Source: Bilabrum cf. latius | Taxonomy: Eukaryota | DNA: 64,000 nt | Direction of reading: 5' to 3' | Assembly (NCBI GenBank): GCA_965178125.1 | Contig: OZ237757.1 | Span: forward strand, 372,001-436,000 | In this document: piece after piece, positions 62,501-64,000 of the stretch | Layout: each line of letters begins with the position of its first letter | Position numbering within the stretch: the stretch's first letter is position 1 | Notes under the pieces: generated by a model | Told to the model about the DNA's origin: nothing | What the model saw: only the letters and a program-made list of their open reading frames with translations | Database searches by the model: none | Program-made: the position numbers and the translations under genes

Positions 62501-64000
62501 AACGGCCTCTACAGCACCATAGTCATTCATGAGGACAACATGAACGACAAGAGTATCCGAAGGAGTATGCAGGGGTAGTGCGTGTTCTTTGCCACGCGGG
62601 TGGCCGAGTCTTCCATCACGCTGCCCAACGTGGCCTGCGTGATCGATTGCGGCTACGACTGGCAGGACTTATACGATCCAGATCTCAGGACCTATCAGCG
62701 CAGGCTAGAGCGGATCTCGCAAGCGTCCTCTCGCCAGAGGAGAGGACGAACGGGTCGCACATGCTCAGGCAGATACATCCAGATGTTCTCCCGCCAAGCA
62801 GCCAAGGCCATGCCGAGGCACCCAGTGCCAGGCGTGCTACGGGACGACCTGGCGCCTGTCGCGCTTGATCTCCGTGCATGTGGACAGGACCCGACGTGCT
62901 TTCGCTGGATTTCACCACCGAGGTGTGGCGACTTGGTCGAGGCAGATCAGCGGCTGATAGCACTTCAGACCATCCCAGGATTTGATGCCTCGCCGCTTGC
63001 ATCCGCTGTGGAGCTATCTGAGGCCTCATCCAGGGCAGCCACGGTCGCGGAGACCCAAGTGCTAAGACAGCTCGGCCTGCAGCCCTGGCTCGGTGCACTG
63101 GTGCTGCGCGGAATGCGCCGGAATTTCACAACTCGCGTATGCAGCGATATCGTGCAGCTGGCTAGCTTGATTGACCTCGGTGCCATCGATCGGATGCTTC
63201 CCATGCAGCCAGGGGTGATGCAGCTGATTGGTGCCCCTCGAGGCGATCCCATCACTCTGTTGAGAGTGTACAAGGCCTGGAAGCAGGCAATGGCGCAGAG
63301 AGGGTCCAAAGCAGCCCTGGCCATTCTCCAAGCAGTGTATTCAAGGCACGCCGCAGACGACATGCACGGCATCTTCGGCAGGGCTGAAACTAGAGCGGAA
63401 ACCCTGGTGCGTCTTGCCGTCCGGGTTGGGGTGCGGTTGTCCCCCGAAACTCAAAAGTACACGGAGGCTAGCCTGCCCGACGAAGCATTGGATTTGATTG
63501 CCAGCGACAGCCGAGAGGCGGATGCACTGCATGCGTGCGTGAGAGACTTGTCGGATGCGTACGTGGAACATCCCACTGGTATCGAATCGGACATCGCAGT
63601 GCTGCTGGGCTGGGCCCTGAATGACCGGCTGGCGGCCAGAAACGTGGGTAGGAGAGCAGGATACAGCGTGTCAAGGGCGGGTAAATGGCTTGGGATTGGG
63701 CATCTTGACCCGAACTCAGGCCTGGGCATCTCCGGCATCAAGCACGTGGCAGAAGAACCGCCCAGCCCAGAAGGTGGGGGAATAGCCGCATCCGAGGCGG
63801 AGTCGCTTGAGCTTGTGGCCTTTACCAGCGTTGAGAACGACGGTGGATTGCTGCTGAGGGGATGCCTGAGCGTCAGAAGGCAGGAGCTAGTGGATATTGC
63901 TGGGCTGGACGAGAAGCTTATTCCACAGCCGCTCGTCATGACTGAGAGGATCATATCTGGGATATCAACAGCAGGGTACCGCAGCCTGCTCGGCGAAGAT
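59502..64000 (+). CDS. DEAH-box RNA helicase with long N-terminal extension, running off the window; probable 86-nt intron 59803-59888; about 11 in-frame TAG
   Basis: Motifs GAPGSGKSTQVPQ, VDEAH, SAT, LVFVPG, ATRVAESSITLPNVACVIDCG and QRRGRTGRT. The frame from 59889 is broken only by TAG as far as it was read. The first exon and intron are inferred from frame compatibility. Confidence 0.85.

Noticed and set aside
102-63954. Numerous antisense and alternative-frame ORFs in the track
   Set aside because: They are shadows of GC-rich coding sequence and overlap better-supported genes.
700-64000. Mass pseudogenisation as the explanation for fragmented ORFs
   Set aside because: Interruptions are almost exclusively TAG, there are no frameshifts, catalytic motifs are intact and TAG aligns with Gln.
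700-64000. TAG as pyrrolysine, or the ciliate-type UAR=Gln code
   Set aside because: The DNA is eukaryotic (spliceosomal introns, LINE), TAG interchanges with CAG, and TAA was seen only at gene ends.

Overview
Gene-dense, intron-poor, GC-rich eukaryotic (protist-like) nuclear DNA; the taxon cannot be determined from the sequence alone. The standard-code ORF track is fragmented because this genome appears to use a variant genetic code. UAG is a sense codon (Gln), while UAA and UGA remain stops. About 90 in-frame TAGs (manual count) interrupt otherwise intact genes. TAG occupies conserved-Gln positions, and one TAG is swapped for CAG between two GH3 paralogs. Read this way, the window holds about 14 genes: GH20, a Cys-rich secreted protein, two GH31, two GBP/atlastin-like GTPases, GT61, an MFS transporter, a 3717-aa LRR protein, two GH3, a Clu-domain/TPR protein, a DEAH helicase and one partial gene. 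It also holds an apparently intact single-ORF APE-RT non-LTR retrotransposon that uses the same code. Other elements are a CCGTC-ended DNA transposon family with 2-bp TSDs, C-tailed retro-like fragments, and an inverted segmental duplication ending at a short (CCCTAA)n tract. All coordinates and translations were read by hand.
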